A stretch of 64,000 nucleotides of DNA from an uncultured bacterium. Lineage in GTDB: Bacteria > Verrucomicrobiota > Verrucomicrobiia > Verrucomicrobiales > DEV007. Below the pieces are notes generated by a model. That model made no database searches, was not told where the DNA came from, and worked only from the letters and a program-made list of their open reading frames with translations. Shown here piece after piece: positions 46,737-55,757 of the stretch. Numbering within the stretch: the stretch's first letter is position 1; every line of letters starts with the position of its first letter. The translations under genes and the position numbers were made by a program. Location of the stretch: contig CAXBMO010000004.1 in NCBI GenBank assembly GCA_963977015.1, forward strand, positions 256,001-320,000, read 5' to 3'.

Positions 46737-47524
46737 ACGCACCTGCCCACCCCTTTCATCGCAGCTACACCGATACCAAGACCAACACTGCCACCAGCAC
46801 GAAACCGCGTGCCTGGCTTCCCAATAATCCTGTGCCCATGGTTGGCCGGCTCAGCCGTTGCTGGCTGCTCGCCTACCGGGCTCCGCTCGACCTGGTGAGC
46901 CGTCATCTGCCGGCTCCGCTCAAGCCCCTGAGCTTCGGCGGATACGGATTCTGGAACGTCGTGGTTTGCGAAGTTGAAAACATGCGTCCCCGCAAGTTTC
47001 CCAAGGTTCTGGGAATCACCTATCGACACGTCGCCTATCGGATCTATGTCCGTCACCTCAATCAGGCGGGCGCTTCGGTTGAAGGCTTGTATTTCCTGCG
47101 GAGCGACTGTGATTCTCCACTCGTTGCCGCTGGAGGAAACGCCCTCACGGAATTCAAATTCCATACCGGCGAGATCACGATCGCGGAAAATCCCCTGGCG
47201 ACCCTGCTCGAAGTTCAGGCAACTGGAGCGAATGGACGCGCCACGATCAACTACGGCCATCACGCGAAACTCGCCGACGACTCTCCCTTTCAATCCGTTC
47301 AGGAGGCGGGCGACTTTTTGGAATACAGCCCGCACGGCATTTCGGTTTCTCCGCGGGGAGTGGAAGTGCTCCCGATTCAGCGGGACGAGGCGGCGTGGAA
47401 ACCGCGAGTCGTCGCCGCTCATTCCGACCACTGGGACTATCTCACGAACGAAGAAACTCATCTTGAAGTCGCCTACGAAGTCGCCCCCATCGACTACGAA
47501 TGGCTTCCCGCCCATCACCTCTAA
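46733..47524 (+). CDS. DUF2071 (YqjF, acetoacetate-decarboxylase-like fold) protein
   Basis: HLPAPLKP, MRPRKFP, YRIYVR and GLYFLRSD. ATGA coupling to the upstream gene. Confidence 0.8.
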   Translation: MNAPAHPFHRSYTDTKTNTATSTKPRAWLPNNPVPMVGRLSRCWLLAYRAPLDLVSRHLPAPLKPLSFGGYGFWNVVVCEVENMRPRKFPKVLGITYRHVAYRIYVRHLNQAGASVEGLYFLRSDCDSPLVAAGGNALTEFKFHTGEITIAENPLATLLEVQATGANGRATINYGHHAKLADDSPFQSVQEAGDFLEYSPHGISVSPRGVEVLPIQRDEAAWKPRVVAAHSDHWDYLTNEETHLEVAYEVAPIDYEWLPAHHL

Positions 47525-47528
47525 CGCC

Positions 47529-48458
47529 ATGAATGAAGTTCCACGAATGCATTGCCCGACTCCGCAAACCAACCCGCTCGAAGGACGGGTCGCATGGAGC
47601 CCCTCCAAGTCCCTGTGGTTTTGGAGCAACGCCCTGATCGCCGTCATCGGCAGCTATCTGACCTTCTCCCTGGACGCGGCGGTGGTTGCCGCTTTCCTCA
47701 CGGTGATCACGCTCTGCCTCGGGCAATCGGTTGGCCTGCACCGTCTTCTCATTCACCGGAGCTTCGAATGTCCCTGGCCGTTGGAACTCGCCCTCGTTTA
47801 TCTGGGCTCTCTCGTTGGACTGGGTGGCCCGCGCCGCGTGATCTATCTTCACGAGATTCGCGATTGGTCTCAGCGTCACCCGCGTTGTCACCCCCTTTTC
47901 ATCCACGCCAGTCATCCGCTGCGTGACTTCTGGTGGCAGTTGAACTGCGAAGTGAAGCTGGATCATCCTCCGGTGCTGATCCTGAAACCAGGACTCGACG
48001 ATCACGCCATCTATCGCGCGATGGACCGATTCTGGCCGCTCCTCCAGCTTCCGGTGGCGACCATCCTCCTGGCGATCGGCGGCGTCCCCTGGGTGATCTG
48101 GGGAATCTGTGTCCGGATTACCGTTTCCATGATCGGGCACTGGCTCGTCGGCTATCTGGCTCACAATGTTGGTCAGCGGGATTGGCATTTGGAGGGTCAC
48201 GCCGTTCAGGGCTACAATGTTCCCGGCTTCGGGCTCCTGACGATGGGCGAAGCCTGGCACAACAACCATCACGCCTTTCCCAAGTCTGCCCGATTTGGTC
48301 TCAACCGAGGACAGCTTGACCCGGGTTGGTGGGCACTCTGCCTGCTTGCCAAATGGGGACTCGCGAAGAACTTCTCTCTGCCGGAAAACCTACCCGAAAG
48401 AGCTGAGCTTCATCCAGCGGAAGAATTGCCACCGGCGCAGATCACCTCACGGATCTGA
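47529..48458 (+). CDS. membrane acyl-CoA/fatty-acid desaturase (delta9-like)
   Basis: GLHRLLIHRSF, GEAWHNNHHAFPKSARFG and DPGWW, with TM segments. The second His box is atypical (HEIRD). Confidence 0.85.
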   Translation: MNEVPRMHCPTPQTNPLEGRVAWSPSKSLWFWSNALIAVIGSYLTFSLDAAVVAAFLTVITLCLGQSVGLHRLLIHRSFECPWPLELALVYLGSLVGLGGPRRVIYLHEIRDWSQRHPRCHPLFIHASHPLRDFWWQLNCEVKLDHPPVLILKPGLDDHAIYRAMDRFWPLLQLPVATILLAIGGVPWVIWGICVRITVSMIGHWLVGYLAHNVGQRDWHLEGHAVQGYNVPGFGLLTMGEAWHNNHHAFPKSARFGLNRGQLDPGWWALCLLAKWGLAKNFSLPENLPERAELHPAEELPPAQITSRI

Positions 48459-51400
48459 GTTGTCGCCAAGGTCGTCGAGGCCAAGAACCGAGCGAGCACC
48501 GGCGGTATTTCCGGTCTGGGTATTGCCGCCATCGGTCAAAACTCCGTCTTCATCGACGTCACTGACGATTCCAAAGCCTCCATTCAGGTTGGTCGTGTTT
48601 CCGGAGAACCGGGCGGAGTCTTCAAACTGGGCTCCGTCCGTTCCGTTCAAGTCGTTGGGATCCAGCAGAAACACGATTCCATTCGCTCCATTTCCGTTCG
48701 CGGTATTCGAGACAAATTCGCCGCCATCAAATCCGTCGGTTCCTTCAAAGACGATGCCGTTCCCGCCATTTCCGTTGGCTGTGTTGTTGCTGATTTCAGG
48801 GAACGCACCGGGTGGTGAATCGGAATCGTCTCCCACAAAAATATTGATGCCGTCGCCGGTGTTGCCGGTGGCGACGTTGAATTTAAACTGCGCATCGGCG
48901 AACAGATCTTCCCCGATGGTGACACTAATTCCGTTCCCGATATTCCCCGTGGCGACGTTGTGGGTAATCAAGGCTGAGCCGGCCGTGGGGTTATCGATGA
49001 AGTCGCGTCCGATCCGGATGTCGATCCCTCCTCCCTCATTGGCTCGGGCGGTGTTGCTCATGAAGACGCCTTCGAAGTCTTCCGCCACCAGGAGAAAAAA
49101 ACCTCCTCCACCATTTCCGTGAGCGAGGTTGTCTCGAAACACGCCATCATCCTGAAAGTCATCCCCTGAAGTCAGGTGAAATCCGGCCAACCCGCTGCCC
49201 TTGGAGACATTGTTGGCAATCAGGCCCGAATGATCATCGTCCAACCGGAAATCGAAGCCATGGTAGCGATTGTCGTTGGCGACGTTCGCGATGAAGAGTC
49301 CGTTCTCTCCAAAATCATCGAACGTTTTCACGCGAAAGCCGCTGCCGCTGTTCTTGATCGCCTCGTTCGCTCCGAAAAAGGTGTCGAACACGTCATAGAT
49401 CAGAAGAAAGCCCGAATCGTCGTTCCGATCCGCGATATTTTGAACGATGCCTTGCGTCACAACTCCCTGGCCAGACGTGATCTTGAATCCGTTTCCATGA
49501 TTGTAAGCGGCGTAGTTGTTGTGAATTCGGCCAACGATCCGGCCATTATTCAGATTGATGTCGAATCCATCCCCGATGTTGAGGGTCGAAACGTTTCGCG
49601 CGATTTCGCCCGTTATCACCGCTCCGGAAAGCCGCACCTTGATTCCATCGAGCAGGTTTTCGCTCGCGATGTTCTCGTGGATATTGCCGTCAATCCGGGC
49701 ATTTGAGGCATCGATCAACAACCCAAAGCCGCCATTGGCGAACGCGCGATTGTTGAAGATATCGCCAAACAGCCCTCCGGTTGGAATCGCGAACTGAAAG
49801 CCATTTCCCAGGTTGCCAACGGCGAGGTTTCCGGAAATTTCCGCTTCGAGCCGTCGTCCCGTCGCAAGGTCAAACCGAAAGCCGGAAACGCCGTTCGTGA
49901 TCGCCACGTTTGCGTCAACGACACCGATAAAGATGCCGTTGTCGTTCTTGAACTCAAAACCATCTCCCAGGTTGGAGGTCGCGGTGTTCCGTTCGACCGT
50001 GGCATAAACGGCGGCGTTGGGATACTCCAGGTGAAACCCGTCTTCCCGGTTGTTTTTCGCCTCATTGTCGAGGATTTCCAAATCGAGGACACCACCGGAT
50101 TCGGCGGCAAATCGAAAGCCGTTCTCCGAATTTCGATTCGACTCATTGTCAGAGATTTCGCCACCGAATCTTGCATTCGCCAGCTCAACCGTGAGTCCGT
50201 CTCCCCGGTTCCCGGCGATCTCATTGCCGGTGATCTCCCCATTGCCAACCCAACCGGCACGCCCCACGATCGCAATTCCATCGCCACCGTTGTTCCTCAC
50301 CTTCGTGTCTTCAATCTCAAGGGTTGAATTCCGTCCGGATTTCCCGACAAAGACCACCCCGGAATCCAGCGTCTCCTCAATCGTGGTGTTGGTCAGGGTG
50401 AAGTCCGTCACTCCTTCGAAGTAGATTCCGTTGCCACGTCCTCGATCATTCCCCAGTCCGCCGCTCAGGGAACTGCGGGCCCCATTGATCACGCGATAGC
50501 CCTCGATTCCCACGGTGTCAGCTTGGCGCGAAAGAAATCCGCCATCGATCAACGGAATGTCTCCGGTGCCAAACGTCTGGCCGCCCATTCCAACAATCGG
50601 CACCGCACTCGAGGTAAACCGGACGCTGTCCGTCACCAAAACATCCTCCCGATAATCAAAATCACCTCCCTGGGTATAAACGTTCCAGATCCGCCCGGTA
50701 TCACGATTCTTCCGGGCGGCCTGGCTCGCGCCGCCCTGCACGGTGGCGTAGGGATGTTCAGCCGTTCCATCGCCATCGCTACTTCCGGATTCAATTCCAT
50801 TGGAAAGCGCTTTCCCTTCGTTCACGAACACGAGGTCGTCCGCGATCTCCACCTTTTCCGTCACGGTTGAGGTGTGGGTAACCCGATGATGGCGAACGAC
50901 ACGTTGTCCCAGTTTCGCCGCGAGATAGCTTTCCACGATGGAGTCGTCCCCGGGCGCGGATTTCCGGCTCCCGGGCCCAAAGGGAATACTGGCCCGCAAA
51001 CCGACGTAGGCATTCCCGCCGATCAGTTCCTCGTCACCGTAATAGGCCGCATCCAAAAACAGCTTGTCCGTCAAACCGACTTCGGCGCGAGCCCGGAATC
51101 CCTCCAAGCTTACGGAATCATCGACGGTTCCCTCAAAGGCATAGGCTCCCGCCCAAAGGCCAATTGAAAACGGAAACTCCGGCGGGAGGGGGAGTTGGCG
51201 GCCGATTTCGAATTCAACACCGCTGAGGGATTCAACCCCCGCCATCGTCAGCGGCTGAAACACGGAGTGTTCTTCGGCAAAAAGCGAACCATAACTCAGG
51301 ACGGACAGCGAATCGGCGATCGCCCGCTCGCTTTCGGACAAGTAGCCATTGACTCGCAAATCGAGAATCCACGTGCTGATTTCCAACCCCAGGCCGAGTC

Positions 51401-51803
51401 GGTCGATTGACGCGAGGTCATCCATTTCGGCGTGATCCCAAAACGCATTGACTCCGAGGAGAAGGGTTTTGTCTGCATTCAGCGTTCGAAATCCGCCTCC
51501 GACACTGAAATAATGCTGATCGCGTTCGTAAAATCCGGTCCACGCATTGAGATACAGCAGGGAATCCTCGTCCTGCCAGACCGGTGCCAAAATTTCGCCA
51601 CCTCCCTGCCACGTGCTCAGATCTGAACTCAATCCCCATCCCCAAGTCACGGTCGTCAACCAGGGAATCCCCGGATCCTGTGGGAGAATCGCTTCACGCT
51701 CGGACTCGGGCGCAATCGAACCTTCCTCCGCGAATGAAATCGCGGCGAAAACCCCGAACAGGAAGAAGAGATAGCCAAAGATGCGCACCTTGAGCCGAAC
51801 CAA
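48447..51803 (-). CDS. inverse-autotransporter-like beta-barrel with parallel beta-helix passenger
   Basis: Signal peptide. Barrel motifs SVGGGFR, GVNAFWD, LGLGLE, NGYL, GVEFEIG and GFRAR. Then GDGTAEHPY and many AxxNxGxGF repeats. Confidence 0.78.
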   Translation of the reverse strand: MVRLKVRIFGYLFFLFGVFAAISFAEEGSIAPESEREAILPQDPGIPWLTTVTWGWGLSSDLSTWQGGGEILAPVWQDEDSLLYLNAWTGFYERDQHYFSVGGGFRTLNADKTLLLGVNAFWDHAEMDDLASIDRLGLGLEISTWILDLRVNGYLSESERAIADSLSVLSYGSLFAEEHSVFQPLTMAGVESLSGVEFEIGRQLPLPPEFPFSIGLWAGAYAFEGTVDDSVSLEGFRARAEVGLTDKLFLDAAYYGDEELIGGNAYVGLRASIPFGPGSRKSAPGDDSIVESYLAAKLGQRVVRHHRVTHTSTVTEKVEIADDLVFVNEGKALSNGIESGSSDGDGTAEHPYATVQGGASQAARKNRDTGRIWNVYTQGGDFDYREDVLVTDSVRFTSSAVPIVGMGGQTFGTGDIPLIDGGFLSRQADTVGIEGYRVINGARSSLSGGLGNDRGRGNGIYFEGVTDFTLTNTTIEETLDSGVVFVGKSGRNSTLEIEDTKVRNNGGDGIAIVGRAGWVGNGEITGNEIAGNRGDGLTVELANARFGGEISDNESNRNSENGFRFAAESGGVLDLEILDNEAKNNREDGFHLEYPNAAVYATVERNTATSNLGDGFEFKNDNGIFIGVVDANVAITNGVSGFRFDLATGRRLEAEISGNLAVGNLGNGFQFAIPTGGLFGDIFNNRAFANGGFGLLIDASNARIDGNIHENIASENLLDGIKVRLSGAVITGEIARNVSTLNIGDGFDINLNNGRIVGRIHNNYAAYNHGNGFKITSGQGVVTQGIVQNIADRNDDSGFLLIYDVFDTFFGANEAIKNSGSGFRVKTFDDFGENGLFIANVANDNRYHGFDFRLDDDHSGLIANNVSKGSGLAGFHLTSGDDFQDDGVFRDNLAHGNGGGGFFLLVAEDFEGVFMSNTARANEGGGIDIRIGRDFIDNPTAGSALITHNVATGNIGNGISVTIGEDLFADAQFKFNVATGNTGDGINIFVGDDSDSPPGAFPEISNNTANGNGGNGIVFEGTDGFDGGEFVSNTANGNGANGIVFLLDPNDLNGTDGAQFEDSARFSGNTTNLNGGFGIVSDVDEDGVLTDGGNTQTGNTAGARSVLGLDDLGDNSDP

Positions 51804-51889
51804 GCTCGCAACGGCCGCGTGTCGACCAAAATTGTGGTTCTGTTAAGGAATTTTTGCACGTAAACTGTTCAAAACCACTGCGTTCCCCA

Positions 51890-52300
51890 CTAAAGTAGCT
51901 TGGTGATGACAAAATAGGATCCGATTCTGCTCTGCATTTCGGGAGGATCTTCGGGCCCGATATCCCATGCTCCCTCTCGAATTTCGCCCTCCACCGTGAT
52001 GACCTGATTGATTTGAGACTTCAGATCGTCTGCCGAAACCGTTGATTCGCTGAATTTGATGAAGAAATCGTCCATGCTCAATCGCAGATAGAGTTCTTCC
52101 GGACCAGCCGCCTTCCCCACTTTGTTGATGAACGGCTTGGACACGATATGCCCGGTGTAATTGCCGGTTGGTTTCTTGTTCATGGTGTTCGGGTTGAGGG
52201 ACATCGATTGGCGTTCTGAATCCGGCGAATCACAGGAAAGCAAGCAGATCGAAAGCCCCAACAGGAGTGGCTTGAATAGCGCGATTTTCGGTTTCGTCAT
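51890..52300 (-). CDS. small hypothetical lipoprotein
   Basis: MTKPKIALFKPLLLGLSICLLSC carries a lipobox-like LLSC. The mature part is beta-rich. Confidence 0.65.
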   Translation of the reverse strand: MTKPKIALFKPLLLGLSICLLSCDSPDSERQSMSLNPNTMNKKPTGNYTGHIVSKPFINKVGKAAGPEELYLRLSMDDFFIKFSESTVSADDLKSQINQVITVEGEIREGAWDIGPEDPPEMQSRIGSYFVITKLL

Positions 52301-52565
52301 CGATTTTTTCGGTTCATTGCTCAATAGTTGAAACACTTGAATTGGGAGGTCCGTGTAAGAAGTTGGGCAATTGGTTTTGAAATTGGGCACTGAATTGGGT
52401 TCCCGTCTGCGCCAAGGGTCCGAAACAATTCTTTCACACGAAATTCTTGTCACTTTTGAGACTATTTCGCGATGAAACGCACGACGAAAATGGGATTGGC
52501 AGGCTTGATGCTACCAAATTTACAGAACTCACAGCAACACACTTCAACTTTTCAACAACAGGAGC

Positions 52566-53537
52566 ATGAGCAGGATGCCTACTTTACTTGACCAGGAGGA
52601 GTCCATTCTTACCCCTTGGGACTTAAACCTAATTATCGGGGACCACATCAATGTCACCGAATTGACGGGCACAGGCGGCATGGGAGCCGTTTATCTCGCC
52701 TGGCATTCGAAACTGAAACGGGAAGTCGCGATCAAACTGCTTCCCAAGTCACGGATGGCCGAGAATCCCCAGTTGGCCGCTTTCTTTCGTGAGGAAGCTC
52801 GAGCCATGGCACGGTTGGATCATCCCAACATCGTCAAGGTTTTCGACATCGAGGAGACCTTTCGCGGAGATCTCTACATCGTGATGGAATACGTTCACGG
52901 TTTCAACCTGGCCGAGCTGATTGCGGGCGGTGGATTGACCGAGCGGCATGCGCATAGCTGGATTCCACAGATCGGCGTTGCCCTTGAGCATGCCCACCAA
53001 CACGGAATTCTGCATTGCGACATCAAGCCCGCCAATGTGCTGATCACGCGGGAAGGAGTCGTCAAAGTCACCGATTTTGGCCTCGTGAAGCGAATGAAGC
53101 CAGGCGGGATTTCCGCCTCCGATTGTCTCGGAACGGCCCCCTACGCCGCCCCGGAACTTCCCGGCGAGCCAACTCCGCAAAGCGACATCTACAGTCTCGG
53201 CGCGGTTCTTTTCGAATTGCTGACGGGCAAGCAGCCGGAACGTCCCATTCCACCGCTCGCAGAAGTGAAGTCGAAATTGGATCCCCGATTCGAGAACGTT
53301 CTGAACCGGTCCCTGCATCGCAGAGTCAACCGGCGCTATGCCACTGCCGAAGATATGGTCGATGAGGTTTTGGAAATCTCATCGACGCCAGCTCCGAAGC
53401 CAACGGAGACTTCGCCCGAACCAGAATGCGAGACGAGAACCAATCCGGCTCGTGTTCCGGTGAGGCCGGATGCGTCACGGAACAAGCGCAAGTATCCCTG
53501 GGCCTGGGCCTGGACGCAGTGGTCGAAGCTTTTCTGA
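52566..53537 (+). CDS. Hanks-type Ser/Thr protein kinase
   Basis: Motifs GTGGMGAVY, VAIK, HCDIKPAN, DFG, GTAPYAAPE and SDIYSLG. Confidence 0.93.
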   Translation: MSRMPTLLDQEESILTPWDLNLIIGDHINVTELTGTGGMGAVYLAWHSKLKREVAIKLLPKSRMAENPQLAAFFREEARAMARLDHPNIVKVFDIEETFRGDLYIVMEYVHGFNLAELIAGGGLTERHAHSWIPQIGVALEHAHQHGILHCDIKPANVLITREGVVKVTDFGLVKRMKPGGISASDCLGTAPYAAPELPGEPTPQSDIYSLGAVLFELLTGKQPERPIPPLAEVKSKLDPRFENVLNRSLHRRVNRRYATAEDMVDEVLEISSTPAPKPTETSPEPECETRTNPARVPVRPDASRNKRKYPWAWAWTQWSKLF

Positions 53538-53571
53538 TTCAGCTCAACCCGAGTTGAGAGAGCGGTCTTCC

Positions 53572-54828
53572 CTATTCGCCAATGCAATAGAGATGCGTCT
53601 GTGATCGGAGGAAGAGATTTCCCTGAGAAACTGCGGGGGTTCCGTTGAACGCGGATTCGTCGTTCAACTTGTTGTGCGCAAGGACCTTTAATTCTTCCAG
53701 GCTTGGTTCGATCACGAACAGCCCATTGTATCGGCTCTGTGCGTAAATCTTTCCTCCGGCCAGAACTGGGGAGGCGTAAAATGGCTTTCCTCGTCCTCCT
53801 GCAATTCCCGGAACCCGCTCCTCGAAAAGGGGCTCGCTTTCACCAATTTTCGCGGCAAACGCGATTCCACTATCGCTGATCCAATAGAGAACACCGTCGC
53901 TCTCCACGGGAGCCGTCATGTAGGTCGCCGGCTTCTGCGTGTCATAGAGGATCTCGCCGGATCGATCGCCTTTGCCGCCAACCTTGATCGCCACCCGCGC
54001 CGTTCGTGGATAGCCACCGGAAACGGTGATGACGTCGCCATTCAAGACCGGGCTGTTCGACATGTTTCCGGGCAAATTGTACTCGGCAAACCACCGCAAC
54101 TTGCCGTTGGCGGGATTAATCCCCCAGATCTCGCCCGGAAGCGCGTAAACCAGATCGGTGCGGGACTCATCGACCTCCACCAGAAGCGGAGTTCCATAGG
54201 TTTGTTCCATGCGTTCTCCTTCCGCCCGCCAAACCACTTTTCCGTCAGCCTTGTTTAAGGCGAGAATGGACCGGGTTTCGTCGCCGGAAGGCACAATCAC
54301 CAAATCGTTGTAGAGAATCGGGCTCGCGGCACTGCCCCACTGTTTGCTTGAGGACTTTTTCCCGGTTTCCGACTTCCAAAGCTGGTTTCCGTCAAAATCG
54401 AAGGCGTAGACGCCCGCTTTCCCAAAATAGCAAAACACGGTCTCCCCATCGGTGACGGGTGTGTTGCTCGCGTAGCCATGCTCCGTGATGTATCCACGGG
54501 CGGGATCCTCGGTGTGCCAGACGGGAACGGTTTGATCCCAAACCACGTCACCGGAAGTCCGGTCGATCCGCGTCAGGTGCCGCTCAATGCCACGGTCTTC
54601 GCCGGTGTAACTGGTGACAAACACGGCATCGCCCGAAACGATTGCGGAGGAACTGCCCTTTCCGGGAAGCTCCACCTTCCACTTCACGTTCTCCTGATCA
54701 TTCCAGGAAACGGGAACGATTTCTCCGCTGGTGCCGCTCATGTTCGGGCCACGAAACTGGGTCCAATCCGCCAACGCGACGGAGGCGAAGCCAAAACACA
54801 GGGTAAAGACGAGATGAAGAAATTTCAT
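53572..54828 (-). CDS. PQQ-like beta-propeller repeat protein
   Basis: Signal peptide and motifs WTQFRGP, YASNTP, WGSAASP and FYASP. Confidence 0.9.
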   Translation of the reverse strand: MKFLHLVFTLCFGFASVALADWTQFRGPNMSGTSGEIVPVSWNDQENVKWKVELPGKGSSSAIVSGDAVFVTSYTGEDRGIERHLTRIDRTSGDVVWDQTVPVWHTEDPARGYITEHGYASNTPVTDGETVFCYFGKAGVYAFDFDGNQLWKSETGKKSSSKQWGSAASPILYNDLVIVPSGDETRSILALNKADGKVVWRAEGERMEQTYGTPLLVEVDESRTDLVYALPGEIWGINPANGKLRWFAEYNLPGNMSNSPVLNGDVITVSGGYPRTARVAIKVGGKGDRSGEILYDTQKPATYMTAPVESDGVLYWISDSGIAFAAKIGESEPLFEERVPGIAGGRGKPFYASPVLAGGKIYAQSRYNGLFVIEPSLEELKVLAHNKLNDESAFNGTPAVSQGNLFLRSQTHLYCIGE

Positions 54829-54887
54829 ATGGCGATCAAACAGTCAATTTGCCCAATCGTCGCACAAAAATCGCGTGAACTTACCAC

Positions 54888-55748
54888 TTAGGAATCTTTG
54901 CCACCCGAAGGCGGAATGGACAGAACCTGACCCGCCTTCAATTCGCGCGGATCGGTCATCCCATTGAATTCCAGCAGCTTCTGCCAGGTAATCCCGTATT
55001 TCAGCGAAATGCGATACGCGGTATCACCACTGACCACTTTGTAGGTTTTCTGCCCAGCCGCTTTCGAACTCGAGGCGTGAGGCGCGAGAGCAGTCGTCGT
55101 GGCGACCCGGCTCGTTGTGGCGGCAATGGTTGGTTTGGCCGTATTGACGACCGGCGCGCTCGTTGGCGGTTTCACCGACGCCGTTTGGGTGGAAACTTTC
55201 TTCGAAGTCGGCCGGAGTTTTGGCTCAATCGGAATGTGGACGATCATTTCCGGGTCGCGGCTCTTGTCCCTTCGGTTGTCGGGAATCGTGAGCCACTGAC
55301 CAGCGTAGAGCCGAGTGCTGCTGCTCACGTTGTTCAACTTTTCGACCTCACTGATGCTCGCACTGAAGGCCTTCGCGATTTGGGCCAACGTCTCGCTGGA
55401 ACCCACGCGATAGCGCTTGAAGCCGTTCATCGTCGGATGATCAAAAATGACGGGTTTGCCTTCATTGCGGCGTTCGGCCAATCCCGGGGTGTCGCGTCTT
55501 GGCTCGGATTTCGGCTCGACCAATGCGACCGGCTTCTCGGTGGGCTCAATCGGTTCGCCGTCACCGCCTTCGATCCATTTGAAAACCAAAATGCCGCCAA
55601 TCGCGACGATCAACATCATCAGGACGACTCCGATGACTTTGCCTCCACCGCCCCCTGAGCCTCCGGTCTCAAAGTCATCCATAATGGCGGAAAATTTCAC
55701 GGTGGGAGCCGGGGCGTTGGCGCGCCCACGTCTGGATTGAGAAAACAT
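54888..55748 (-). CDS. membrane-anchored protein with two LysM domains
   Basis: TM, LysM1 (YRVGSSETLAQIAK...LNN...GQWLTIP), Thr/Ala linker, and LysM2 (YKVVSGDTAYRIS...GQVLSIP). Confidence 0.9.
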   Translation of the reverse strand: MFSQSRRGRANAPAPTVKFSAIMDDFETGGSGGGGGKVIGVVLMMLIVAIGGILVFKWIEGGDGEPIEPTEKPVALVEPKSEPRRDTPGLAERRNEGKPVIFDHPTMNGFKRYRVGSSETLAQIAKAFSASISEVEKLNNVSSSTRLYAGQWLTIPDNRRDKSRDPEMIVHIPIEPKLRPTSKKVSTQTASVKPPTSAPVVNTAKPTIAATTSRVATTTALAPHASSSKAAGQKTYKVVSGDTAYRISLKYGITWQKLLEFNGMTDPRELKAGQVLSIPPSGGKDS

Positions 55749-55757
55749 GGTCAGGGC

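Noticed and set aside
46233-47528. Long overlapping 5' extensions of ORFs 46233, 46505 and 46974, suggesting overlapping genes or frameshifting
   Set aside because: Internal ATGs at 46314, 46733 and 47529 give clean coupled junctions, and the extensions look like off-frame translation.
48500-50400. Periodic repeats as a possible CRISPR or tandem DNA array
   Set aside because: The repeats are degenerate at DNA level and in frame. They are protein beta-helix repeats, and no cas genes are present.
53543-53558. CTCAAC-CCGA-GTTGAG hairpin between convergent genes
   Set aside because: A 6-bp stem with no U tract on either strand is too weak to call as a terminator.
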